IMG/VR virus record: IMGVR_UViG_3300036806_000217
Span: 1 to 64,000 of that record
DNA length: 64,000 bases
From: a virus
Strand: one strand, 5' to 3'
Below, piece by piece: positions 37,015 through 45,761 of this stretch. The notes under the pieces were generated by a model. The model worked only from the letters and a program-made list of their open reading frames with translations. It was not told the origin of the DNA and did no database searches. The translations under genes and the position numbers were made by a program. The number at the start of each line of letters is the position of its first letter. The stretch's first letter is position 1.

Positions 37015-37176
37015 TCAGCTCCCGCTCGATCCGGCGAGCTGCGACGAGGGCCGCGCCACCCGGTCGAGCATCTCGCCGGCTGCCTCGCCCGGCTCCCAGT
37101 CGCGCAGGTCGGTCAGGCTGGTGCCGGTCAGGTCCGGCAGCCACGTGGTCAGGTCGGCGGGCGCGGGGTTGTTCAC
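37015..37176 (-). CDS. 53-aa peptide resembling an FxsA-type RiPP precursor leader
   Basis: GGAG RBS, GTGA overlap; MNNPAPADLTTWLPDLTGTSLTDLRDWEPGEAAGEMLDRVARPSSQLAGSSGS. Confidence 0.55.
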   Translation of the reverse strand: MNNPAPADLTTWLPDLTGTSLTDLRDWEPGEAAGEMLDRVARPSSQLAGSSGS

Positions 37177-37406
37177 GGTGTCTCCAGGGGGTTGAGGCGG
37201 CCGACGGCGGCACGGATGCGGGTCGCGGCCATGCGAAAAGACGGCTGGTGGGTGATCGCGTCCAGGTTGGCGCACTCGGTGCGGATGGCGTCGAGGACCG
37301 CGTCGAGGAGGTCCTCGGCGGCGCGTGCCTGCTGCTCGGCGGCGAGGGCGCGCTGCTGCCAGTCCACGGCGGGGGCGAGGAGCGGGCGGGTGTCGACGGC
37401 GGTCAC
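37173..37406 (-). CDS. Hypothetical protein
   Basis: GTGA overlaps. Confidence 0.6.
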   Translation of the reverse strand: MTAVDTRPLLAPAVDWQQRALAAEQQARAAEDLLDAVLDAIRTECANLDAITHQPSFRMAATRIRAAVGRLNPLETP

Positions 37407-37690
37407 CACGACCCACCGTGCCGCTCGGGGTGGCAGCAGGTGCTGCCGTCGCAGGTGCAGGCCTCGGTGTGGCTGCCGAAGGTGCAGCACAGGCAGGTGT
37501 CCTCGGGCGCTGCCTGCGGGCAGTCGGCGCGGCGCATGGCCGTCAGTTGGGCAATCCGGATGGTGAGGGCGTCGCGCTCGTCGAGGAGCTCCTCCACGTC
37601 GGCCCGGGGCCAGCCCTCATCCCGGTCAGCGGGGACAGCGGCCAGGTAGGCGCGGACCCGGGTGGCCGCCAGGGCGTCGATGCCGCTCAC
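37403..37690 (-). CDS. Cys-rich hypothetical protein
   Basis: GAGGAGG RBS; C-terminal Cys cluster. Confidence 0.6.
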   Translation of the reverse strand: MSGIDALAATRVRAYLAAVPADRDEGWPRADVEELLDERDALTIRIAQLTAMRRADCPQAAPEDTCLCCTFGSHTEACTCDGSTCCHPERHGGSW

Positions 37691-38040
37691 CGGTTCCTCC
37701 TCACCGCGGCGGGTTCCTGCGCCCACCACCAGCCCGCACGTGTCCTGTGCCGATCCAGGTGCCCCGGGGCCAGGTTGCACGCTTCGGGCGGGTACGACGA
37801 CGGCACGAGGTGCGCGGGGCCGCCCATGTGCCCGCACTCTGGCTCGCCGTAGGCCGGGAACGGCATGAACCAGTCCGCATGGCCCAGGATGTTCTGCTCG
37901 TCGCGGTAGCACAGGTGTGTGAGGCAGCCGCCGCACATCTCGCACTCCACGCAGCGGTCCAGGTCCCACGGGTCGACCTGCAGGCCGAAGCGGGCCATGT
38001 AGCGGGCGTTGCCGCACGGCGTCGTCCAGGTGTAGGTCAT
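37687..38040 (-). CDS. Cys/His-rich hypothetical protein
   Basis: CVECEMCGGC; C.LAPGH...H. Confidence 0.6.
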   Translation of the reverse strand: MTYTWTTPCGNARYMARFGLQVDPWDLDRCVECEMCGGCLTHLCYRDEQNILGHADWFMPFPAYGEPECGHMGGPAHLVPSSYPPEACNLAPGHLDRHRTRAGWWWAQEPAAVRRNR

Positions 38041-38351
38041 CCCCATTCCTCCCCGCGCGGTTCGCCGCAGCCGCGCAGCGTGATCTGGTCGGGGCGGACC
38101 CCGAACTCGGCGGCGACCCGGGCGCGTTCGGCTTCGTGCTGCTCGGCCTGTGCGTGTGCCTCTGCGAGCCGCTCCTCGACCTCGGCGTCGGTGAGTTGCG
38201 TCGCGTCGAGTCCGGCGCGGAGTGCGCCACCGTTGGCGACCAGCCACTGGCGGAAGGCGGCCAGGTCCAGGGTGGGCAGCGCGGCGATCTCGGCGTCCGT
38301 CGTCGGGCGGGGCGGGATGTCGAAGTCGTAGCGGTCCTCGGGCGCGGTCAC
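38037..38351 (-). CDS. Hypothetical protein
   Basis: GTGA/ATGA overlaps. Confidence 0.6.
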   Translation of the reverse strand: MTAPEDRYDFDIPPRPTTDAEIAALPTLDLAAFRQWLVANGGALRAGLDATQLTDAEVEERLAEAHAQAEQHEAERARVAAEFGVRPDQITLRGCGEPRGEEWG

Positions 38352-38875
38352 GGGGTTGCCACCTTGTCCAGGCTCGCGGCCCACTCGGTCAGCTGCTCAA
38401 AGTCGCCCGGCAGCAGCCCGAGTCGCGGGCTGACGGTCAGCAGCAGCGCCGGGCCGGGGTGGATGTCGGCGACGTACTCGCGGTCCGGGTCGCCGATCTC
38501 GTCGTCGATCCACGCGAACGGGCGGCCCTGGGCCCAGCGGACGACTTCCCACGTCTTGAAGTACGTGCCGTCCTTGCGGCTCGGCAGGCGGACTTCCTCG
38601 AACGGGACGTGGTCCAGGGTGGGCAGGCCGAGGTGCGGGCCGATCCAGTCGTTGGCCTCCGTCTGCCAGGTGGTGCACCAGACCAGTTCGAACGGCAGCG
38701 CCATCAGGGCCGGGCCGTGCTCGGGGTTGAGCCACACCCGCAGCGGTTTGACGTGCGGGCCGGTCCAGCCGGATGGGCGCATGCGGTGCGTCTCGTAGCC
38801 CTCGGGGCGGCGGGACGCCTTGGCGGCGTAGGGGTTGAGTGGGCCGTCGACGTCGATGAGGAGCAGCGGCTTCAT
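38348..38875 (-). CDS. HAD-superfamily phosphatase (Swiss-Army-knife RNA-repair-like HAD)
   Basis: LLIDVDGPLN (DxD), WCTTW, K, FAWIDDE. Confidence 0.85.
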   Translation of the reverse strand: MKPLLLIDVDGPLNPYAAKASRRPEGYETHRMRPSGWTGPHVKPLRVWLNPEHGPALMALPFELVWCTTWQTEANDWIGPHLGLPTLDHVPFEEVRLPSRKDGTYFKTWEVVRWAQGRPFAWIDDEIGDPDREYVADIHPGPALLLTVSPRLGLLPGDFEQLTEWAASLDKVATP

Positions 38876-39150
38876 GATCCCGCCTCGACGGGCAGCCACT
38901 GGGTGACGGTGACCTCCCGCTGCTCCACGGCGGTCGCGGTCACTGGGTCGTCGTCGAAGTAGATGCCCTCCATGTCGTGGTGGCGGTAGTAGACCTCCCA
39001 CGTCTGGCCGTCGAGGTTGAAGACGAGGCGGTGCAGGGTCTTGCCCTCGTCGGCTTCGAGGATCTCGTCCAGGATGAGGTTCTCGCGGCGGTAGTTCACG
39101 CCTGAGTCGATCAGCTCGGCGGCGGTGAAGGTGCGGGTAATCGGGGCCAT
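38872..39150 (-). CDS. Acidic hypothetical protein
   Basis: AAGGA RBS; ATGA overlap. Confidence 0.7.
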   Translation of the reverse strand: MAPITRTFTAAELIDSGVNYRRENLILDEILEADEGKTLHRLVFNLDGQTWEVYYRHHDMEGIYFDDDPVTATAVEQREVTVTQWLPVEAGS

Positions 39151-39251
39151 GAGGGTGATCCTTTTGTGATGGTTTGTGGCACTTCATTGTCTCAGGTCTG
39201 ACGCCCGCTCACATCGCCTTTCGCAGACCCGTTGCGCGGGCTTTGTGCAGG

Positions 39252-39644
39252 TCAGCCCGCATCCGTGGGCCGGACAGGCGGGTCGTGCTCCGCGTCGTAT
39301 GCGCAGCCGTGGCAGAAGACCGGCACGCCGTGGTCCGGGATGCACGGCGGTCCGGCTGAGAAGAACGCGCGGTGGAGCGCCTCGGCGTTGGCGGTGATCG
39401 TCGCAAGCAGCGCCGGATCCAGCGGGCCGCGTACCGCCAGCCGCTGCTCACGCCTGGCCTTCATGCGGGCCAGCATCTGCTCCCGCGTCGGCCGCTCCCA
39501 CTGGTGCGCACCGAGGCCGTGATGACCCTCCGGATGGCCGCAGCGCCTGCACCCGAACGGCGTCGGCACCGTGCCGTGAGGCCAGCGGATCGGGCCACGG
39601 CGCAGGCCCGTTGCTAGGTCGGAGGTTACGAGGGTTGGGCGCAT
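39252..39644 (-). CDS. Hypothetical protein with CxxC...H...H domain
   Basis: PFGCRRCGHPEGHH...HQWERPTREQMLARMKARR. Confidence 0.65.
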   Translation of the reverse strand: MRPTLVTSDLATGLRRGPIRWPHGTVPTPFGCRRCGHPEGHHGLGAHQWERPTREQMLARMKARREQRLAVRGPLDPALLATITANAEALHRAFFSAGPPCIPDHGVPVFCHGCAYDAEHDPPVRPTDAG

Positions 39645-39649
39645 GCGGG

Positions 39650-39898
39650 TCAGTCCTCGTCGGGCCACGCGTCGGCCAGCCCCTGCTCGGGCGTGACCTT
39701 CCCGGTGGCGATCTCGTGGATGGCGTTCGCCGCAGCCCAGTTGTCGCCGGGCAGCGAATCACCGAGCGCGTTGGCGATCGTGGCGATGGCGGCCAGGGCT
39801 TCGGCGATCACCGCGTCGATGAGCGGGTCGAGGCCGTCGGCGGTGACGGTGCGGGTGGAGGCGGCGTAGGCGATCAGGTTCTCGCGGGCAGTGGTCAT
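39650..39898 (-). CDS. Hypothetical protein
   Basis: AAGGAG RBS. Confidence 0.65.
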   Translation of the reverse strand: MTTARENLIAYAASTRTVTADGLDPLIDAVIAEALAAIATIANALGDSLPGDNWAAANAIHEIATGKVTPEQGLADAWPDED

Positions 39899-39946
39899 CA
39901 CGGTCTCCTTGCTGGGCCCGGCCAACGGCAGGACAGGCGGGGCGGG

Positions 39947-40423
39947 TCAGGGCTGGCGGGTGCAGCAGGCGTGCTCGGGGTCGCACGGCTTCGGGCTGGG
40001 CTGGCGGTCGAGGTGCTCACGCCACTCCGGGGTCAGCTCCGCGTCAGGGACGTCGGCCATATCCCGGACGCGCGGGACGGGCCGCTCCGGCGTGAATGGG
40101 TGCTTCCAGGACCGCTCCTCGTCGCCCGGGCAGGCGTTGCACGACTGCGGCGCCCACGACCCGTCGCGCTCGTCGCCGTGCTGGTCCTTGCGATGGCCGC
40201 AGCGGCACGGTGCCTCGGGCTGCGCGCTGGCAGCACGCTCGGCCTCACTGACCTGCCGGATCACGCCAGCGAGATCCGCGTGCCCGTACGGGTCGTCGTC
40301 CTGCATGAACCCGGCGTCGCACAGGGCCCGGCGGATGTCGTCGAGCTGGTGCTCCTTTGCGCGGCGGGCCTGGTGGGCGAGACGGAGACGATGCTCCAGG
40401 GCGGCGACGGTCGGATCGGTCAC
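39947..40423 (-). CDS. Hypothetical protein
   Basis: AAGGAG RBS; CRCGH...H...CNAC...H. Confidence 0.65.
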   Translation of the reverse strand: MTDPTVAALEHRLRLAHQARRAKEHQLDDIRRALCDAGFMQDDDPYGHADLAGVIRQVSEAERAASAQPEAPCRCGHRKDQHGDERDGSWAPQSCNACPGDEERSWKHPFTPERPVPRVRDMADVPDAELTPEWREHLDRQPSPKPCDPEHACCTRQP

Positions 40424-40580
40424 AGCGGTTCTCCTTCGGGTTGGCTGCCCGGCCGGACAGCAGGGGTGGGGATGGGTCAGTACTGATTCCAGGCCTTGTT
40501 GCACCATCCGGCCGCGAGGGCGAACCAGTGCAGCGGTGAGAACCGCAGTCGCAGACAGCGGGGACACACGAGCTTCTCGA

Positions 40581-40805
40581 TCATTCGCCCGTCTCCTTGC
40601 CGCCGAAGTGGGTCTTGAGCTTGGCGGCGATGTCGGCTTCGGTTCGGCCGCCGACGATCGCGATCCGCTGCGCCGGAAGGCCGACCTCCGCGAGGTCGAG
40701 GATGATCGGCTCGTCGGCCATGAGGCGGGTCATGTTCTCGCCCGACAGGCCGAGAATCACGATGGGCTGCGGGCTCTTGCCGTCGTAGGCAGTGGCCTTG
40801 ATCAC
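40581..40805 (-). CDS. Small hypothetical protein
   Basis: GGAG RBS; ILGLSGENMTRLMADEPI. Confidence 0.7.
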   Translation of the reverse strand: MIKATAYDGKSPQPIVILGLSGENMTRLMADEPIILDLAEVGLPAQRIAIVGGRTEADIAAKLKTHFGGKETGE

Positions 40806-40822
40806 GCGGGTCTCCGATCGGG

Positions 40823-42232
40823 TCAGTGGGTGGTGAGCAGGTCGTCCAGGCGCACGACGTCCGAGACGGGCGGGCCGGCGGGACCGCCGAGGGCGACCTC
40901 GACGCCGTCGCCGCGGGTGCCCCAGTTGCCGATCTTGGCGAACGTGAACAGGGCGAAGAAGTACATGGGCTTGACCACGAACATGCGCCACACCCCGGCG
41001 ATCGGGGCGCAGGCCACCAGCAGGATGTGGAACCAGACGGACTCGTCCGAGCGCTTGACCATGAAGAAGCGCAGGGAGATCATCCAGTTCACGCCCGTAC
41101 CCACCAGCAGCGTCGACACCGCCAGCGAACCGGCGTGCGCCCGCGCCGACGGCTGCATCAGCAGCGCGACCGGGATGGCCACCGACAGGATCAGCTGGAT
41201 CAGCTCCAGCAGCGGCATCCAGAACACCGGCGACTGCACCTGGGCGTAGCGGAACCACCAGAACGTGCGCACGAACGTCCCACGCATCCATCTGAGCTGC
41301 TGGCGCCTGTAGTTCGACCAGGACTCCGGCACGAGGGTGTAGGCCACGCATGTGGGCTGGTGGACCGCGTCACCGTGCAGCAGCCCGTACAGGGTCAGCA
41401 TGCTGTCGTCGTTCATCTGCATCGGCCGGCCCCAGAACGTCTCATGGGCGTACACCCCGGCGTACTGCCGGATGACCTCACCGCGGTACAGGGCGAGGGT
41501 TCCCGAGTTGACCGTGACGCGCTTCAGCACCGACTGGGCGGAGCGGAACCCGCGGGTGAACGGCGTGTACAGCATCGCGGTGAGGAACGTCAGCCAGTTG
41601 CTCTTGGTGTTGAGCACCGCCACCAGGCCGGCGACGGAGGTGACCTTCGGGTCGGCGAACGGCTTCAGGCCCTCGGCGACCGCGGCGGCGTCCAGGATGC
41701 TGTCCGAGTCCAGGGTGACGATGATGTCGGAGTCGTCGTCGGCGAGGGCTTCCATCTGGGCGTGGCGCTTGCCCTGGTTCTCGGTGCGCTGCCACGTCGC
41801 GTCGATGCCCACCGCGGCGGCTGCGGCCACGAACCAGTCCCGGACGTGGGCCTGAGGGTCGGCGGAGCCGTCGTCGACGCACCGCACCCGGTCCGGCAGG
41901 CGGGTCTGGTCGAGGACGGACTGCAGGCAGGCCCGGAGCGCGGCCTCGTCCTCGTTGTAGATCGGGATCTGCACGACCACGACCAGGTCGTCCAGCTGCC
42001 GCTGCTGACGGTTGGTGACCTTGCGGGGCTTCTCGAACCACGACAGGGGCACCCACCACAGCAGCAGGAACGAGAACGCCCACGCGAGGGCGAGCCGGTT
42101 GCCGTGGCCGGCGAACGCCGCAGTGACCGTGACGGCGTGCCACACGGCCCAGGCGGTGAACCCGGCTATCGGGAGGGTGGCGAGCAGGACGGTGCGTCTG
42201 CGGTTGGCGTAGGTCGCCACCGGGGCGCGCAT
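40823..42232 (-). CDS. Processive GT2 glycosyltransferase, NodC/hyaluronan-synthase-like
   Basis: 2 N-terminal TMs; IPIYNED, VDDGS, NQGKRHAQ, TLDSDS, SGTLALYR, NDDSMLT, QQLRW; C-terminal TMs. Confidence 0.92.
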   Translation of the reverse strand: MRAPVATYANRRRTVLLATLPIAGFTAWAVWHAVTVTAAFAGHGNRLALAWAFSFLLLWWVPLSWFEKPRKVTNRQQRQLDDLVVVVQIPIYNEDEAALRACLQSVLDQTRLPDRVRCVDDGSADPQAHVRDWFVAAAAAVGIDATWQRTENQGKRHAQMEALADDDSDIIVTLDSDSILDAAAVAEGLKPFADPKVTSVAGLVAVLNTKSNWLTFLTAMLYTPFTRGFRSAQSVLKRVTVNSGTLALYRGEVIRQYAGVYAHETFWGRPMQMNDDSMLTLYGLLHGDAVHQPTCVAYTLVPESWSNYRRQQLRWMRGTFVRTFWWFRYAQVQSPVFWMPLLELIQLILSVAIPVALLMQPSARAHAGSLAVSTLLVGTGVNWMISLRFFMVKRSDESVWFHILLVACAPIAGVWRMFVVKPMYFFALFTFAKIGNWGTRGDGVEVALGGPAGPPVSDVVRLDDLLTTH

Positions 42233-42396
42233 CAGTGGTCCTGCGGGGTGCGTCCGCGGCGGAACCGGGCCCGGATGACGAGCGCGCCGACGCCGACGAT
42301 GGTGACGATTCCGGCGACGAGCCAGATCTGGCCGAACGCGATCCCGGCGAGGGAGAGCGTCGCGCCGGTGCCAGCGAGAGATCCATACGAGTGCAC
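42232..42396 (-). CDS. 54-aa peptide consisting of an LAXTG motif + TM + basic tail
   Basis: AAGGA RBS; MHSYGSLAGTG-hydrophobic-RARFRRGR; stop overlaps the GT2 ATG (TGATG). Confidence 0.75.
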   Translation of the reverse strand: MHSYGSLAGTGATLSLAGIAFGQIWLVAGIVTIVGVGALVIRARFRRGRTPQDH

Positions 42397-42489
42397 GAGG
42401 GTTCCTTGATCGGGTAGGTGAGTTGATGGTGCGGTACGTGCGGTGGCCCGATCCTTCCGCATGATCGCGATCGGGCCACGCGGGGCAGG

Positions 42490-42972
42490 TCAGACGTCGC
42501 GCAGGACCAGCGGACGCAGCCGGTACTCGGTCACGTCCCGCCGCCCGTCGACCTCGACATACAGCTGCTGCTCGTCGGGGTCGTCGTCGGCCCAGCCGCA
42601 CGCGATGCTCTTCGCGGCCGGGTAGCGCGCCGTGGCGAGGTCCTCGCACTGCTTCCGGGCGGCGGCCTCCGTCAGCCAGCGCCCGTCGGGCAGCGGCACG
42701 AAGTCTCGTTCGGCCTGGTAGAACACGACCTCGCCGGGCTCGTTGAGCAGGCCGAGGGCGTGGGCGTGGTTGTCGTGGCGTTCGGCGAGGGTGGCGACGA
42801 GCAGGGCGGTCTCGGCCATCTGTCGGGCGTAGCGGCCCTTGCGGTCGCCGGAGGGGATCTGCGCGGCGAACTTCGCGGCCTCGCCGACGAGCTGGCGGGC
42901 GTACTCGGTGAGCTCTTCGAGGGTGGCGTCCTGGTGGACCTGGAGGGTCTGGCGGGCGATCAGATCAGACAT
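42490..42972 (-). CDS. Hypothetical protein
   Basis: AAGGAG RBS. Confidence 0.7.
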   Translation of the reverse strand: MSDLIARQTLQVHQDATLEELTEYARQLVGEAAKFAAQIPSGDRKGRYARQMAETALLVATLAERHDNHAHALGLLNEPGEVVFYQAERDFVPLPDGRWLTEAAARKQCEDLATARYPAAKSIACGWADDDPDEQQLYVEVDGRRDVTEYRLRPLVLRDV

Positions 42973-43014
42973 GCGGTGTTGCTCCTTCGGGGTTGGCCGG
43001 GCGGGCGAGGACAA

Positions 43015-43212
43015 TCAGGCGGTGGTGCGGGCGCGCTGCTCCGCGAGTTGAGCGAGCAGTCCCGGCGACGGGATCAGCTCCGAGTACCAGCAGCGCGGGC
43101 CGGTGCACGTGTACCAGACGCCGCAGAACGCATGCTCCGGCGTCCCCGGCGGCTTCGGGGACATCGGGCCGTGCTGCGGGCAGGACGGGCGCACGGCCAG
43201 CTCGGTGCTCAC
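43015..43212 (-). CDS. Small Cys/His protein
   Basis: CPQHGPM...CGVWYTC...C. Confidence 0.65.
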   Translation of the reverse strand: MSTELAVRPSCPQHGPMSPKPPGTPEHAFCGVWYTCTGPRCWYSELIPSPGLLAQLAEQRARTTA

Positions 43213-43922
43213 CACGCCACCCCTTCCGGCTCGACCTTCACCGCAGCGTCGTCGCGGGCGGCCCATCGGGCGGTGTCGGGCCAGCGGTCGCGCCACTTCG
43301 GCGGCACGGTCTTGGCCTCCCACAGGTTGGTGGTGGTCACCGTCCGGCCGTCGAGGAACTCGATGTCGAAGCGCCGGCCGCAGAACCCACGGAACCCGCT
43401 GCCACTCCGACCGTGCTCGGGGCCGATCTTGTAGACGGTGTGGTCGATGACGACCAACTCGTCCGGGCCGTCCATGGTGAAGCTGCCGCCCGGACCCCAC
43501 ACCCCGTCGAAGCTGTCCTCGGTGCGCTGCACGTCGACGGCGATCACGCCCGCCTGGAATGTCGCGGCGATGGCGTACTCGGTCGTCGTGCCGTCCTGGT
43601 TCCACAGGCCGTAGGTGCACGAGGCACTGGCGCCGTCGTCGGTGGGCGCGTAGTCGACGGCGGACCGAACGTTGCCCCGGTGGCCCTTGCCGAGGTCGTC
43701 GTGGATGACCTGCTGCATGCGCGCCCAGAGCCGGTCCTCGATGCGCTTGACCGCGGCCTGCTGGCGCACTGCGCGGCGGGCGAGCATCCGTTCCTTGATC
43801 TGCTCCTGGGTGGGCTCGGCGTGTGGATGCCACTTGGCCTCGGCGCTCCAGCGGCGGAAGTGCTCGCGCTTCGGCACACCGCAGTGACGGCACGCCGACG
43901 GCTCCGGGGTTCGGGTGGTCAT
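43209..43922 (-). CDS. Multidomain hypothetical protein
   Basis: AAGGAG RBS; N-terminal CRHC domain; C-terminal GF.GRRF.I.F.DGR.VTT.NLW motif. Confidence 0.75.
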   Translation of the reverse strand: MTTRTPEPSACRHCGVPKREHFRRWSAEAKWHPHAEPTQEQIKERMLARRAVRQQAAVKRIEDRLWARMQQVIHDDLGKGHRGNVRSAVDYAPTDDGASASCTYGLWNQDGTTTEYAIAATFQAGVIAVDVQRTEDSFDGVWGPGGSFTMDGPDELVVIDHTVYKIGPEHGRSGSGFRGFCGRRFDIEFLDGRTVTTTNLWEAKTVPPKWRDRWPDTARWAARDDAAVKVEPEGVAW

Positions 43923-43964
43923 GCTGTCGGTCTCCTTAAGACGCTGACTGGGACGGAGCGGGGG

Positions 43965-44678
43965 CTAGGCGGCATCGTGCTCGAAGGGCGGTGGTTCGCC
44001 CATCACGTCGAGCAGCCGCTCGGGAAGCGAATTGGGGCCAAGCAGCGGGTTGACGCAGGCCACGTTGCCGTCCAGCCAGTTGAACGGCACCGCGCCGCCG
44101 ACCTCCAGCCACAGGGCGGTGTGCGACAGGTCGATAGCGACCGGGTCGATGTCCATGCCGTACACGCACTCGAACGTCACCATCGGCAGGACCAGCGCGA
44201 CCAACTCCGGCGGCGTGCTGCCGTCGACAGTCAGCCGCGACACATACGCCTCGGCGATCATGCGGGAGGCCTCGATCAGGAACACCCCGGCGCCACACGC
44301 CGGATCGACCGCCCGGATCCTCAGGATCTGCTCCGGATCGTCCGCCTTGAGCAACTGCTCGGTCTCGCGGATCTCGCGGAGGATCTGCTTGACGCGGGCC
44401 TTGAGCGCCTTCGCTTCGGGCTTGCGGGAGAGGAAGATCAGCTCCCAGATGCCGTCCTCGTAGATGACGTTGAGTTCCTGCAGGCCGCCGGGGGTACCCA
44501 CAATCTGGGTACCCTTCTCGTCCTCGCCGAGCAGGCGCGTCGCCTTCTCGGCGTCCCGGTGGCCCATGGCCTTCGCGAAGTCCGTGGCGGCCACCCACGG
44601 CGTTCCGTCCTCGGCCAGACCGAAGCGCATGCTCTCGCCGCCGAGGTCGAACGGCATGATTTCGCGCGGGTCGTTCAC
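43965..44678 (-). CDS. BRO-N antirepressor domain fused to a truncated N6-methyltransferase SAM-binding segment
   Basis: BRO-N: DGTPWVAATD...DEKG.....TPGG.Q....I.E.G.WELIF.SRKPEAK. MTase: VDPACGAGVFL, VYGMDIDPVAIDL..TALWL; no NPPY-type motif. Confidence 0.82.
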   Translation of the reverse strand: MNDPREIMPFDLGGESMRFGLAEDGTPWVAATDFAKAMGHRDAEKATRLLGEDEKGTQIVGTPGGLQELNVIYEDGIWELIFLSRKPEAKALKARVKQILREIRETEQLLKADDPEQILRIRAVDPACGAGVFLIEASRMIAEAYVSRLTVDGSTPPELVALVLPMVTFECVYGMDIDPVAIDLSHTALWLEVGGAVPFNWLDGNVACVNPLLGPNSLPERLLDVMGEPPPFEHDAA

Positions 44679-44911
44679 GATGCCTCCGAGAGTTCGCTGT
44701 CGTCGATCTCCTGGAGGAGTTCTTCGATGGTGAGGTCGTAGAAGGTCATGAACCGCTTGAGGGTGGTGACGGTCGGTTCGACCAACTGGTTGGCGAGGCG
44801 GGACAGGGCTGAGGTGGAGATGCCCGTCCGCTTCATGATCTTGTAGTTGCTGGTGTCACCCCTTCTGGCTGCGGCTTCGCGCAGCCGGGCGACGTTCAGT
44901 CGGTAGGGCAT
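44675..44911 (-). CDS. Cro-like HTH protein (switch 2)
   Basis: RLREAAARRGDTSNYKIMKRTGISTSALSRL....EPTVTTL. Confidence 0.8.
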   Translation of the reverse strand: MPYRLNVARLREAAARRGDTSNYKIMKRTGISTSALSRLANQLVEPTVTTLKRFMTFYDLTIEELLQEIDDSELSEAS

Positions 44912-44940
44912 GACTCACCCGTTGATTCGAAGGAGGGGAC

Positions 44941-45070
44941 TAGTTGCCTAGCAAGAACTACTGTACTCGGACGCCCGAACCACGTCCACTCTCGACAACT
45001 AATTTCATTCGTGAAACGCAGCGAAATGGGGGACCCGCCTTCAAACCCCCTAGTCCCCCATATGCAACTA
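44941..45070. promoter_or_regulatory. Operator-like 20-bp sites of switch 2
   Basis: TAGTT-N10-AACTA (44941), ACGTC-N10-AACTA (44982), TAGTC-N10-AACTA (45051). Confidence 0.55.
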
Positions 45071-45125
45071 TTCCCATCGACCGACCAACCGCCGATACGC
45101 TGCCAACATGGGGAGCCCAGCAAGC

Positions 45126-45677
45126 ATGAGCCGCCACCCACGCTTCGCCCAGTGGCTGGCCACCGCCATGCGCACAGCCGGCCTCGACATCGACAAGCAA
45201 CGCGGCGGCGGCCGAGCCGAACTCGCAGAACGCCTCAACGTCTCCCGCAGCACCATCACCCGCTGGCTCGAAGGCGGCAGCCTCCCCGGCCCCGAATACA
45301 TCGAGCCCCTCGCCGAAGCCCTCAACGTCTACGTCGACGACATGCTCATCAGCGGCGGCATCGTGTCGCCCGGCCGCATGACCCCGGCCGGCGCTGAACA
45401 GGCCGCCCGCAATGGCGGGATCTACGACTCCGGCGTCGAGCTCCCCGCGGACCTCGACCTGACCAAGCTCGCGGAACTCCTCGGCTACCTACCCGAAGAG
45501 CAAGAGATCTTCGTGGCCGTCGTCGAGACCACCATGGCCGCGCTCCGCGAACGCCGGATCAGAGCCATCGCGCCGCCCTTCGAGGTCACCGTCGCCGAGA
45601 GCGACAGCTTCCGCCAGTCCGGGGCGTCCCCGACGATGCAGATCGACGAGCCCACCACCGAGGACTACCCGCACTAG
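45126..45677 (+). CDS. XRE-family repressor (switch 2)
   Basis: GGGRAELAERLNVSRSTITRWLEGGSLPGPEYIEPLAEAL. Confidence 0.85.
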   Translation: MSRHPRFAQWLATAMRTAGLDIDKQRGGGRAELAERLNVSRSTITRWLEGGSLPGPEYIEPLAEALNVYVDDMLISGGIVSPGRMTPAGAEQAARNGGIYDSGVELPADLDLTKLAELLGYLPEEQEIFVAVVETTMAALRERRIRAIAPPFEVTVAESDSFRQSGASPTMQIDEPTTEDYPH

Positions 45678-45761
45678 CCGCCCCGCTAGCCTGCTCGTGG
45701 CGCGCGCCCAGCCGGCGAAGGGGGCAGGCGCGCGGCGGGCGGGATCGGGCATCCTGGGGCG

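Noticed and set aside
40823-42232. Specific call as hasA or nodC
   Set aside because: Motifs support the family, but the NDDS variant and the absence of partner genes leave the product undetermined.
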